A stretch of 32,000 bases of DNA from Megasphaera elsdenii DSM 20460. Lineage in GTDB: Bacteria; Bacillota; Negativicutes; Veillonellales; Megasphaeraceae. Made by a program: the position numbers and the translations under genes. The notes below the pieces were generated by a model that did not search any database, was not told the origin of the DNA, and saw nothing but the letters and a program-made list of their open reading frames with translations. Location: positions 480,001 through 512,000 of the forward strand of contig NZ_CP027570.1 of the NCBI RefSeq assembly GCF_003010495.1. Reading direction: 5' to 3'. This document shows positions 8,989-15,854 of the stretch, in pieces (positions within the stretch are counted from its first letter, which is position 1; every line of letters begins with the position of its first letter).

Positions 8989-9693
8989 TTAGTAATTACG
9001 GGGCCCAAAGATCGCCGTACCTACGCGGACGACATTGGCGCCTTCTTCGATTGCTATTTCAAAATCATGGGTCATGCCCATAGACAGGTAACGGATCTGA
9101 CCTTCCGGAAACTTTGGCTTCATGTCTTCATACAAAGCGTGGGCAATGCGGAATACAGGCCGTACATCCTCGACATTGTCGTAATTCGGGGCGATACACA
9201 TGAGTCCCAGGACGCGGACGTGTTCCATACCCTTGGCCAGTTCGCACATAGCCGGGAAGTCCTCTACTTCCATACCGAATTTACTTTCTTCGCGGGCCAC
9301 ATTGACCTGCAGGAGAATATCCTGTACCTTGCCGATCTTGCCGGCTTCCTTATCCACAGCTTTGAGCAGGTGTTCCGAATCGATCGAGTGGATGAGGTCG
9401 AAGTGTTCGACGGCATGCTTGGCCTTGTTGGTCTGCAGATGACCGATCAAGTGCCAGGTCAAATGGTTATCCGGAAAGGCTTCCAGCTTCTGGAGTGCTT
9501 CCTGGACCCGATTTTCACCGACGTCCGTGACACCGCATTTGGCGGCTTCTTCCATCATTTCTACGGGATGATTCTTCGTAACTGCGACAAGCGTAATTTT
9601 GTCAGTTCTGCCGACACGGGCAGCTGCATCGGCAATTCTCTTATTTACTGCCTCAAGATTTTCCTTAATCAAGCCTATCCCTCCGTAGTGCAT
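8989..9693 (-). CDS. yggS: YggS/YlmE-family PLP homeostasis protein
   Basis: LVAVTKNHP (PLP-binding Lys), [38 protein letters not shown]. The true start may be TTG 9672, which has GGAGGG 6 nt upstream. ATG 9693 has no SD. Confidence 0.88.
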   Translation of the reverse strand: MHYGGIGLIKENLEAVNKRIADAAARVGRTDKITLVAVTKNHPVEMMEEAAKCGVTDVGENRVQEALQKLEAFPDNHLTWHLIGHLQTNKAKHAVEHFDLIHSIDSEHLLKAVDKEAGKIGKVQDILLQVNVAREESKFGMEVEDFPAMCELAKGMEHVRVLGLMCIAPNYDNVEDVRPVFRIAHALYEDMKPKFPEGQIRYLSMGMTHDFEIAIEEGANVVRVGTAIFGPRNY

Positions 9694-9790
9694 GTGATTA
9701 TATATATTTATAAAACATTACACTTCTTTTATTATATATAGTTAAGGCTATAAAAGCTAGTCATATTTAAAAATTTGTCCCATCTGCTTT
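9694..9790 (-). promoter_or_regulatory. AT-rich island with candidate sigma-A promoters for yggS-sepF-ylmH-divIVA
   Basis: 97-nt strongly AT-rich gap in GC-rich DNA. Minus-strand TATAAT at 9702-9697 and 9736-9731. TGACTA-N17-TATATA at 9763-9735. Which of these is used cannot be decided from sequence. Confidence 0.35.
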
Positions 9791-10597
9791 TCAAAGGACG
9801 GCAAAGGCCCCCATGCGGCCCGTATGGCCGCCATCGCGGCGGTAGGAAAAGAACTTATCCGCTTCGGAAAAGGCACAGCTCGTCGTGACTTCCACGTGGT
9901 CCGGCGCGAGGCCCGCTTCCAGCAGGAGCAGGCGGTTGGCCTGCCACAAATCGACGGACCAGACGCCGTCAGTCTCGCCGGCACAGGCGGCGTAGTCCGG
10001 GCCCAGGCGGCGGAAGGCCATGGCCGTGTCTTCGCTGACCTGGTAATGGGATCGGGAAATGGAAGGCCCGACATAGGCCAGGAGGTCCTTCGGGTCCGAC
10101 CCGTAGGCCAGGCGCATGGCAAAGACTGTCTTGGCCGCCAGGCGCTGTACCGTGCCGCGCCAGCCATCGTGGATGACGGCGACGGCCTGCTTCACCGGGT
10201 CGTAGACGATGACCGGCACGCAGTCGGCGATGCAGAGCAGGAGCGGCACGCCGGGAAGATTTGTCATGATGGCGTCCGTATGGGCCAGGGCGTCGGCATA
10301 ACTGCCGGCACCGCAGCCGATTTCAGCCGGTCCGACGGCGACGACGTGGTCTTCATGGGTCTGCTGGGCCGTCGTCAGCTTCTGCAGGGGATAGCCCAGG
10401 AGAGCACACAGGCGGCGCCGGTTCTCCAGGACGTCCTTGGGCCGGTCACCGACGTGAAGGGCCAGATTGAGCGATGTAAAAGGCGCTTCGCTCACGCCGC
10501 CGCTCTTGCCGGTCACGCCGTGGCGCAGGCCGGCCCCGGCCAGGAGGGTACTTTCTTCCCAACAGATTCCGTTTTTATGTTCTACCCACTTCGTCAT
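9791..10597 (-). CDS. pgeF: PgeF/YfiH (YlmD) laccase-domain / purine nucleoside phosphorylase-like protein
   Basis: Motifs HGVTGKSGGVS, LNLALHVGD, ADCVPV, HDGWRG. GGAGG lies 5 nt upstream of ATG 10597. Overlaps the upstream radical SAM gene by 23 nt. Confidence 0.85.
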   Translation of the reverse strand: MTKWVEHKNGICWEESTLLAGAGLRHGVTGKSGGVSEAPFTSLNLALHVGDRPKDVLENRRRLCALLGYPLQKLTTAQQTHEDHVVAVGPAEIGCGAGSYADALAHTDAIMTNLPGVPLLLCIADCVPVIVYDPVKQAVAVIHDGWRGTVQRLAAKTVFAMRLAYGSDPKDLLAYVGPSISRSHYQVSEDTAMAFRRLGPDYAACAGETDGVWSVDLWQANRLLLLEAGLAPDHVEVTTSCAFSEADKFFSYRRDGGHTGRMGAFAVL

Positions 10598-12326
10598 GAT
10601 GACCTCCGCAAATATGGCAGCGCCGGCAGCCGTCAAAACAGGGAATCGTAAATTCGCCGGTCTCGGCCTTCTTCAGCTCGTCCGTCAGGTACGTCGGCAC
10701 CAGTCCCGTGTCGATCGTATCCCAGGGCATGACGGCATCGGTCGGACGCTGATCATATAAAAATCCTTTAATATCGAAATGAAGTTCCTTGGCCGCCCGC
10801 TTCCAGCCCTTGACGCCGCCGTACTCATGGGCCTTGACCAGGAGGTCGCCGACGCGGCGGTCGCCCCGGGACAGGACGCCCTGGATATAGGCCGAACGCA
10901 GGGGCTCGATGAGCAGCTCGATCTGCTTGTCCTTCAGGGCCTTCTTGAGGAAATTGAGCCGTTTCTCGACGACTTTCTTTTCCGTCATGGCCATCCACTG
11001 GAAGGGCGTGAAGGGCTTGGGGATGAAGGGGTTGATGCTCAGGGTGATGCGGCTCAGGTTGCCGATGGCCGCCATGTGCTGCTGGACGCGGCGGGTCATG
11101 TCGACGATGCCCTGTATATCGTCATCGGTCTCCATGGGCAGGCCGACCATGATGTACATGCGCACGTGGCGGATGCCGGCGGCCGTCGCCAGGTCGATGG
11201 ACTGGAGCAGGTGCTCCTCGGTAATGCCCTTGTTGATGATGTCCCGCATGTGCTTGCTGCCCGCTTCCGGCGCCAGGGTGATCGTCTTCTGGCCGCTTTC
11301 GGCCAGTCCCTTGACGATAGTCGGCGTAATCGAATCGGCCCGCAAGGACGCGCAGGAAAAAGCCAGGCCCTGGTCGCGGATGAAGGTGACCAGTTCGTCG
11401 ATGTAGGGATAATCGGAAATGGCTGCCCCCATGAGGCCGATCTTCTTGCCCAGCTCCTTGCCGCGCAGGACGGCAGACTTCACATAGTCCAAGGGGCGGA
11501 CGCGGGGCCGGCGGTAACAGTAGCCGGCCATGCAGAAGCGGCAGTGACGGCCGCAGCCCCGGGCAATCTCGATGAGGTACATGGCGCCGAACTCCGTATT
11601 CGGCGTGGCGATGACCGTCTCGGCCGGTTGGTCCAATTCATGCCATTGCCGTTCGACCTTGGCCGGGATGCCTTCTTCCGGGACGATGCGCACGACATGG
11701 CCGTCATCATCGTATTCGTGACGGTACAAAGACGGCACATAGACACCGGGAACGTGGATGGCCAGATAGCGCAGCAGTTCATGACGCCCCAGGCCCCGGG
11801 CCTTGCCTTCCCCATAGGCATCGAGGAAGGAATGGATGAAGTGTTCCCCTTCGCCGACCAGGACGACGTCGACGAAGGGCGACAGCGGTTCGGCATTGAA
11901 AAAGGCGACGGGCCCGCCCATGACGACGAGCGTATCCTCATCGCCGCGGTCAGCTGCCAGGATGGGGATACGTCCCATTTCCAGGATCTTCGGCACGTTG
12001 AAATAATCCATTTCAAAACTGACCGATAAGCCGAGGATCTCAAAATCCGACAGGGGCCGGCGGTTCTCCAGGGAAATGAGCGGTTCCCCCGTCTTGTCGA
12101 AGACCTTCATGAGGTCCTTGTCCGGCAGGAAGGCCCGTTCACAGAGCCAGTCCTCGCGGCCGTTCACTTCGCGGTAAATGATCTGCATCCCCAGATTGCT
12201 CATGGCCACGTCGTACGTATTGGGATAACAGATAGCCATGGCGTGACGCGTCCCGAACGGATAGCATACGGCTCCCGTTTCCTGGGCCATCAAATCATCC
12301 AGGGCCTTTTCGACTTGCCAGCTCAT
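10575..12326 (-). CDS. Radical SAM protein with N-terminal B12-binding-like domain (TIGR03960-like, about 580 aa)
   Basis: CxxxCxxC motif in ARGCGRHCRFCMAGYCY. GGAGG lies 7 nt upstream of ATG 12326 (ORF-track start is 12350). Confidence 0.8.
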   Translation of the reverse strand: MSWQVEKALDDLMAQETGAVCYPFGTRHAMAICYPNTYDVAMSNLGMQIIYREVNGREDWLCERAFLPDKDLMKVFDKTGEPLISLENRRPLSDFEILGLSVSFEMDYFNVPKILEMGRIPILAADRGDEDTLVVMGGPVAFFNAEPLSPFVDVVLVGEGEHFIHSFLDAYGEGKARGLGRHELLRYLAIHVPGVYVPSLYRHEYDDDGHVVRIVPEEGIPAKVERQWHELDQPAETVIATPNTEFGAMYLIEIARGCGRHCRFCMAGYCYRRPRVRPLDYVKSAVLRGKELGKKIGLMGAAISDYPYIDELVTFIRDQGLAFSCASLRADSITPTIVKGLAESGQKTITLAPEAGSKHMRDIINKGITEEHLLQSIDLATAAGIRHVRMYIMVGLPMETDDDIQGIVDMTRRVQQHMAAIGNLSRITLSINPFIPKPFTPFQWMAMTEKKVVEKRLNFLKKALKDKQIELLIEPLRSAYIQGVLSRGDRRVGDLLVKAHEYGGVKGWKRAAKELHFDIKGFLYDQRPTDAVMPWDTIDTGLVPTYLTDELKKAETGEFTIPCFDGCRRCHICGGHHDEVGRT

Positions 12327-12368
12327 GTATACACCTCCCCTTTCGTTCATCCTTTATAGGTAACCTAT

Positions 12369-12377
12369 ATTGTATCA
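12369..12377 (-). promoter_or_regulatory. Candidate extended -10 (TGATACAAT) for the radical SAM / division operon
   Basis: The minus strand reads TGaTACAAT about 45 nt upstream of ATG 12326. No good -35. Confidence 0.3.
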
Positions 12378-12444
12378 CAGAATGTCCCGATGGGCCAGCA
12401 GCGTCTTGCATCGCCTTCTCCATCGTGGTATGGTATTAATTGAT

Positions 12445-12470
12445 GTAGGGGCCGCTCAAAAGAGCGGCCC
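12445..12470 (+). repeat. REP-like hairpin, GTAGGGGCCGC...GCGGCCC family
   Basis: gtaggggccgc-tcaaaaga-gcggccc, 7-bp GC stem. Sister copies at 12646, 20163 and, inverted, 21771. Confidence 0.75.
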
Positions 12471-12483
12471 GCAGGTCGCCGTT

Positions 12484-12632
12484 CGCAGGCCGCAGGCCGC
12501 AAAGCCTCCCCTCATAGGGTAGGTGGCCCAACAGGCCGGAGAGGTTGAATTTCCGCACACTACTTCAAAAGCAACCTCTCAGTCAGCTTCGCTGACAGCT
12601 CTCCTATGAGGCGGGCCTTTTGAAAGACCCCC
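12484..12632 (+). repeat. Solo copy of the 146-bp repeat unit in the crcB 5' leader
   Basis: Aligns by eye with the array units over nearly its whole length. The aagcctcccctcatagg...ctcctatgaggcg core starts at 12502. Confidence 0.8.
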
Positions 12633-12645
12633 ACGGACCGCTTCC

Positions 12646-12671
12646 GTAGGGGCCGTCCCAAAGGGCGGCCC
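12646..12671 (+). repeat. REP-like hairpin, GTAGGGGCC family
   Basis: gtaggggccg-tcccaaaggg-cggccc, about 30 nt upstream of the crcB ATG. Confidence 0.7.
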
Positions 12672-12700
12672 GCTTATTTCATAAAAAAGGAGTCCTCTTC

Positions 12701-13081
12701 ATGGAAAAAGTCCTCTTCGTCGCCCTGGGCGGCGGCATCGGCGCAGGCTTGCGCTATTTACTCACGGAACTGGCCAACCTTCACGGCGGCGCCTTCTTCC
12801 CATACGGCACCGTCCTGGCCAATATCATTGGTTCCTTCTGCATCGGCGTCTTCTTCGTCTTCTTCTCCGAAAGCAGCAACCTGCCGCCGGTCGTCAAACT
12901 CTTCTTCGTCACAGGCATCCTCGGCGGCTTCACGACCTTCTCGACGTACAACATGGAACTCCTCACCTTCGTCCGCACCGGCGACCTCTTCCCGGCCCTG
13001 GCCTACTTCTCCTTCAACGTCATCGGCGGCTTCGTCTGCTGCTGGCTAGGCTTCGCCACGGGCAACGCCTTGTGGGGATAG
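12701..13081 (+). CDS. crcB: Fluoride ion channel CrcB/FluC (single copy)
   Basis: 126 aa with 4 TM segments. Motifs GGGIGAGLRY and GILGGFTTFSTY. GGAG lies 8 nt upstream of the ATG. Confidence 0.9.
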   Translation: MEKVLFVALGGGIGAGLRYLLTELANLHGGAFFPYGTVLANIIGSFCIGVFFVFFSESSNLPPVVKLFFVTGILGGFTTFSTYNMELLTFVRTGDLFPALAYFSFNVIGGFVCCWLGFATGNALWG

Positions 13082-13112
13082 TGTTAGTGGTTCGTGGCTA
13101 GGGGCTCGTAGT

Positions 13113-13787
13113 AAAGCCTCCCCTCATAGGGGAGGTGGCCCAACGGGCCGGAGAGGTTGAATTTCCGCACACTACTTCAAAAACAACCTCTCAGTCAGCT
13201 TCGCTGACAGCTCTCCTATGAGGCGAGCCTTGGGAAAGGCCCCCTCAGACCGCAGGCCGCAAGCCTCCCCTCATAGGGTAGGTGGCCCAACGGGCCGGAG
13301 AGGTTGAATTTCCGCACACTACTTCAAAAGCAACCTCTCAGTCAGCTTCGCTGACAGCTCTCCTATGAGGCGAGCCTTGGGAAAGGCCCCTCAGACCGCA
13401 GGCCGCAAGCCTCCCCTCATAGGGGAGGCGCCCCAACGGGCCGGAGAGGTTGAATTTCCGCACACTACTTCAAAAGCAACCTCTCAGTCAGCTTCGCTGA
13501 CAGCTCTCCTATGAGGCGAGCCTTGGGAAAGGCCCCTCAGACCGCAGGCCGCAAGCCTCCCCTCATAGGGGAGGTGGCCCAACGGGCCGGAGAGGTTGAA
13601 TTTCCGCACACTACTTCAAAAGCAACCTCTCAGTCAGCTTCGCTGACAGCTCTCCTATGAGGCGAGCCTTGGGAAAGGCCCCCTCAGACCGCAGGCCGTA
13701 AAGCCTCCCCTCATAGGGGAGGTGGCCCAACGGGCCGGAGAGGTTGAATTTCCACGCGGTGATTTAAAAACAACCTCTCAAGGGAGC
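13113..13787 (+). repeat. Tandem array (4.6 copies) of a 146-148 bp hairpin-dense non-coding unit
   Basis: Unit starts at 13114, 13261, 13407, 13553 and 13701. Copies differ by a few substitutions and 1-nt indels. No ORF of 60 aa or more in any frame. Confidence 0.9.
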
Positions 13788-13823
13788 AAAAAAGGCGCTG
13801 TCGCATGAAGACAACGCCTTTTT
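13788..13823. terminator. Bidirectional intrinsic terminator (near-identical copy of the one at 1078-1113)
   Basis: aaggcgctgtc-gcatgaa-gacaacgcctt with one mismatch. A-run 5' and T-run 3'. First convincing terminator downstream of crcB. Confidence 0.65.
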
Positions 13824-13989
13824 GAGTTTGAAGTTTGAAGTTGAAAGTTTGATGTGGATGGGACAAACTTTAAAAGCCATTGCCTCAAACATCATACATC
13901 AAACCTCAAACATTTAAGAAAAAGGGCCACGCATGATGGCAAAAGCCTTCGTGCGACAGCCCCCTTTTTTACTTTAGGCCGATACTTTC

Positions 13990-15432
13990 CTAATGCTGTG
14001 CCGGTGCGCCGACAGTCTTGGCTTCTTCTACGAGGCCGTCTGTTGCGATGGCTTTCTTGGATACGAAGCTGATGCCGCAGAAAGTGACGGCGCAGACGAT
14101 CCATTCGGCATAGATGACGTGCGGCAGTACGCGGACAGCCGGTACGAACATCCAGGCGACGAGGACGATGATGGAAGCCAAAATCGTGTAGAACGCAGCC
14201 TGTCTGGAGCAATATTTCGGTGCATACATGGTCATGAGGACGATGACTGCGAAAGCCGTCATAAGCGACAAGCCGGCCATGAGGGTCGAAATGATGCCGC
14301 TGATGGTCAGGGCGAAGCCCAAGGTCAGCAGGCCCAGGAGCAGGACAGAAATACGGGTAACGGTCATGTATTTCTTATCGGACATATTGGGGTCGATGAA
14401 CTGTTTATGAATATCATGGGAATAGAGCGTCGCAGCCGACAGCAGGAGATTGCAAGCCGTGCTGACATCGGCAGCCCACAGCGAAGCCAACGTCACGCCG
14501 GCAATCCAGGGATTGAGGGACATGATGAGTTTCGGCAAAGCCGTCGTCGGCGAAATAGCCGGATACATTTCGGCAGCGATGACGCCGAGGAGTGCTGCGA
14601 TGAAGCCAACGGGCAGCATGACCAGGCCGCCGATGATGAAGCCTTTGCGGGCCGTCTGGACATCCTTGGCACCCAGGGAAATCTGGATAATAGCCTGAAG
14701 CGAAACATTGACCGTAATGAGGACGACGATCCACGTGACAATAGTCATGGGGCCGACACCGCTGATGAGGTCCATGGACGTAATGGACGGAGCCTGGATA
14801 GCGACGACGTCGATACCGCCGGCCATGCTCAGGATAAGGAAAGCAGCGACGGTAATACCGATGTACTGCAAGGTAACATTGAGGACGTTAGACTGGCTGG
14901 CCGACCACATACCACCGATGAGGGTAATGCCGATGAAGACGACGGCACTGGTGAGCATCCCCGTAACCGGCGTGAAGATGTTCGGCATCAAAGCGGCCAG
15001 GATAGCGCCGCCGGCGACGTACTGCAAGCTCATGATGACCAGCTGGACCAAAACCTGACAGCCAATACCGGCAACCATGCTGCGGCGGTCATAATACCGT
15101 TCCAACAATTCCGGCACCGTCGTAATGTTGAGCTGACGATACTTCTTGGCGACCGTCAGGCCCATGACGATGGCCCCGATGCCCCAGGCAGCCGTATACC
15201 AACCGGCCGACAGACCGACTTTGTAGGCCTGTTCGGCAACGCCGATAGTCGAAGCCCCGCCGACAGCCAGGCCGACGATAGACACCATGATGAGGGGCGT
15301 CGTCAATTTACGGCCAGCCAATACGTAAGCTTCCGTCGAAGCGGCAGCCTTATGCTTGACATACCAGCTGATACCGAAGAGAACGCCGATGTACACTAAA
15401 ATAATGAAGACTTGAATCCCTGTGGTTCCCAT
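13990..15432 (-). CDS. Sodium:solute symporter family (SSF) transporter; T-box controlled, so probably an amino-acid importer
   Basis: 480 aa with about 13 TM segments. SSF-like N-terminus (YVLAGRKLT, VGGASTIG). Preceded by a T-box leader. Confidence 0.85.
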   Translation of the reverse strand: MGTTGIQVFIILVYIGVLFGISWYVKHKAAASTEAYVLAGRKLTTPLIMVSIVGLAVGGASTIGVAEQAYKVGLSAGWYTAAWGIGAIVMGLTVAKKYRQLNITTVPELLERYYDRRSMVAGIGCQVLVQLVIMSLQYVAGGAILAALMPNIFTPVTGMLTSAVVFIGITLIGGMWSASQSNVLNVTLQYIGITVAAFLILSMAGGIDVVAIQAPSITSMDLISGVGPMTIVTWIVVLITVNVSLQAIIQISLGAKDVQTARKGFIIGGLVMLPVGFIAALLGVIAAEMYPAISPTTALPKLIMSLNPWIAGVTLASLWAADVSTACNLLLSAATLYSHDIHKQFIDPNMSDKKYMTVTRISVLLLGLLTLGFALTISGIISTLMAGLSLMTAFAVIVLMTMYAPKYCSRQAAFYTILASIIVLVAWMFVPAVRVLPHVIYAEWIVCAVTFCGISFVSKKAIATDGLVEEAKTVGAPAQH

Positions 15433-15464
15433 AGTAAAAAACTCCTCTCTGAAATACTTTCCCG

Positions 15465-15533
15465 AAAAAAAAGCCGCCCCTCACAAAAGGGACGACTCAG
15501 TCGCGGTACCACCCAATTTATCGATATATGGAT
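15465..15533 (-). promoter_or_regulatory. Second T-box antiterminator/terminator module lacking Stem I
   Basis: Minus strand: small hairpin tttatc-N8-gataaa, then AAATTGGGTGGTACCGCGA (plus 15501-15519). Antiterminator GCGAC-uga-GUCGU. Terminator GUCGUCCC-uuuuguga-GGGGCGGC (15496-15473) followed by U8 (15472-15465). Confidence 0.7.
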
Positions 15534-15776
15534 AAAAAAAGAGTGGTACGCCAGGGACGGAAGATTCCGCGGTACCACCCTAATTATCTCGAATCGATCA
15601 ACTCATGGCCGTATAACGGCAGCCGTCCCGGTACAGCCTACTCACGTTCAGCCGTACAGTTCAGGAATGAACTTCATGCCCTCTCCCCTGTCCCCTCACA
15701 CCGGCCGGGGACTCTCTGAAAAGCTCAAAGACACTACTTTTTTCCATCACAACTGTTATCAGGAAATCTGTTGTTG
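15534..15776 (-). promoter_or_regulatory. T-box riboswitch leader (Stem I, Stem II/F-box, Stem III, T-box antiterminator, terminator)
   Basis: Minus strand elements: GA/K-turn GUGAUGG; specifier-loop AGUA...GAA; AG bulge AGAGAG; distal loop GGCCGGUGUGA; F-box CCGUUA; T-box AATTAGGGTGGTACCGCGG (plus 15567-15585). A 9-bp terminator GGGUGGUAC/GUACCACUC is followed by U7 (15540-15534). Confidence 0.85.
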
Positions 15777-15782
15777 ACCATG

Positions 15783-15810
15783 ATTATACAGGAAAATAAA
15801 ATAAAGTCAA
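15783..15810 (-). promoter_or_regulatory. Sigma-A promoter of the T-box leader / symporter
   Basis: Minus strand TTGACT (15810-15805), 16-nt spacer ending in TG, then TATAAT (15788-15783). Confidence 0.65.
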
Positions 15811-15854
15811 GGAAAAAGTAACGAAAAAATGTAAAGAAAATCACGTAAAACGTA

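Noticed and set aside
10779-12029. 416-aa plus-strand ORF
   Set aside because: Antisense to the radical SAM gene, which carries the CxxxCxxC motif. The opposite frame has a D/G/A/R-rich shadow composition.
13113-13787. Possible CRISPR array
   Set aside because: The units are about 146 nt and directly abut each other with no unique spacers. No cas genes are nearby. It is a tandem repeat, not a CRISPR array.
13854-14212. Short ORFs 13854-14072 (+) and 13892-14212 (-)
   Set aside because: They overlap the intergenic repeat/terminator zone and the 3' end of the symporter gene. They have no RBS and an Arg-rich composition.
13993-15399. 468-aa plus-strand ORF
   Set aside because: Antisense to the SSF transporter, which has clear TM periodicity and an RBS. 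This frame is highly charged, D/R/G-rich and has no motif.
15412-15777. 121-aa plus-strand ORF (and 15396-15578 minus, 15528-15719 plus)
   Set aside because: They lie entirely within the T-box leader on either strand. The RNA elements explain the conservation-like features. There is no RBS.
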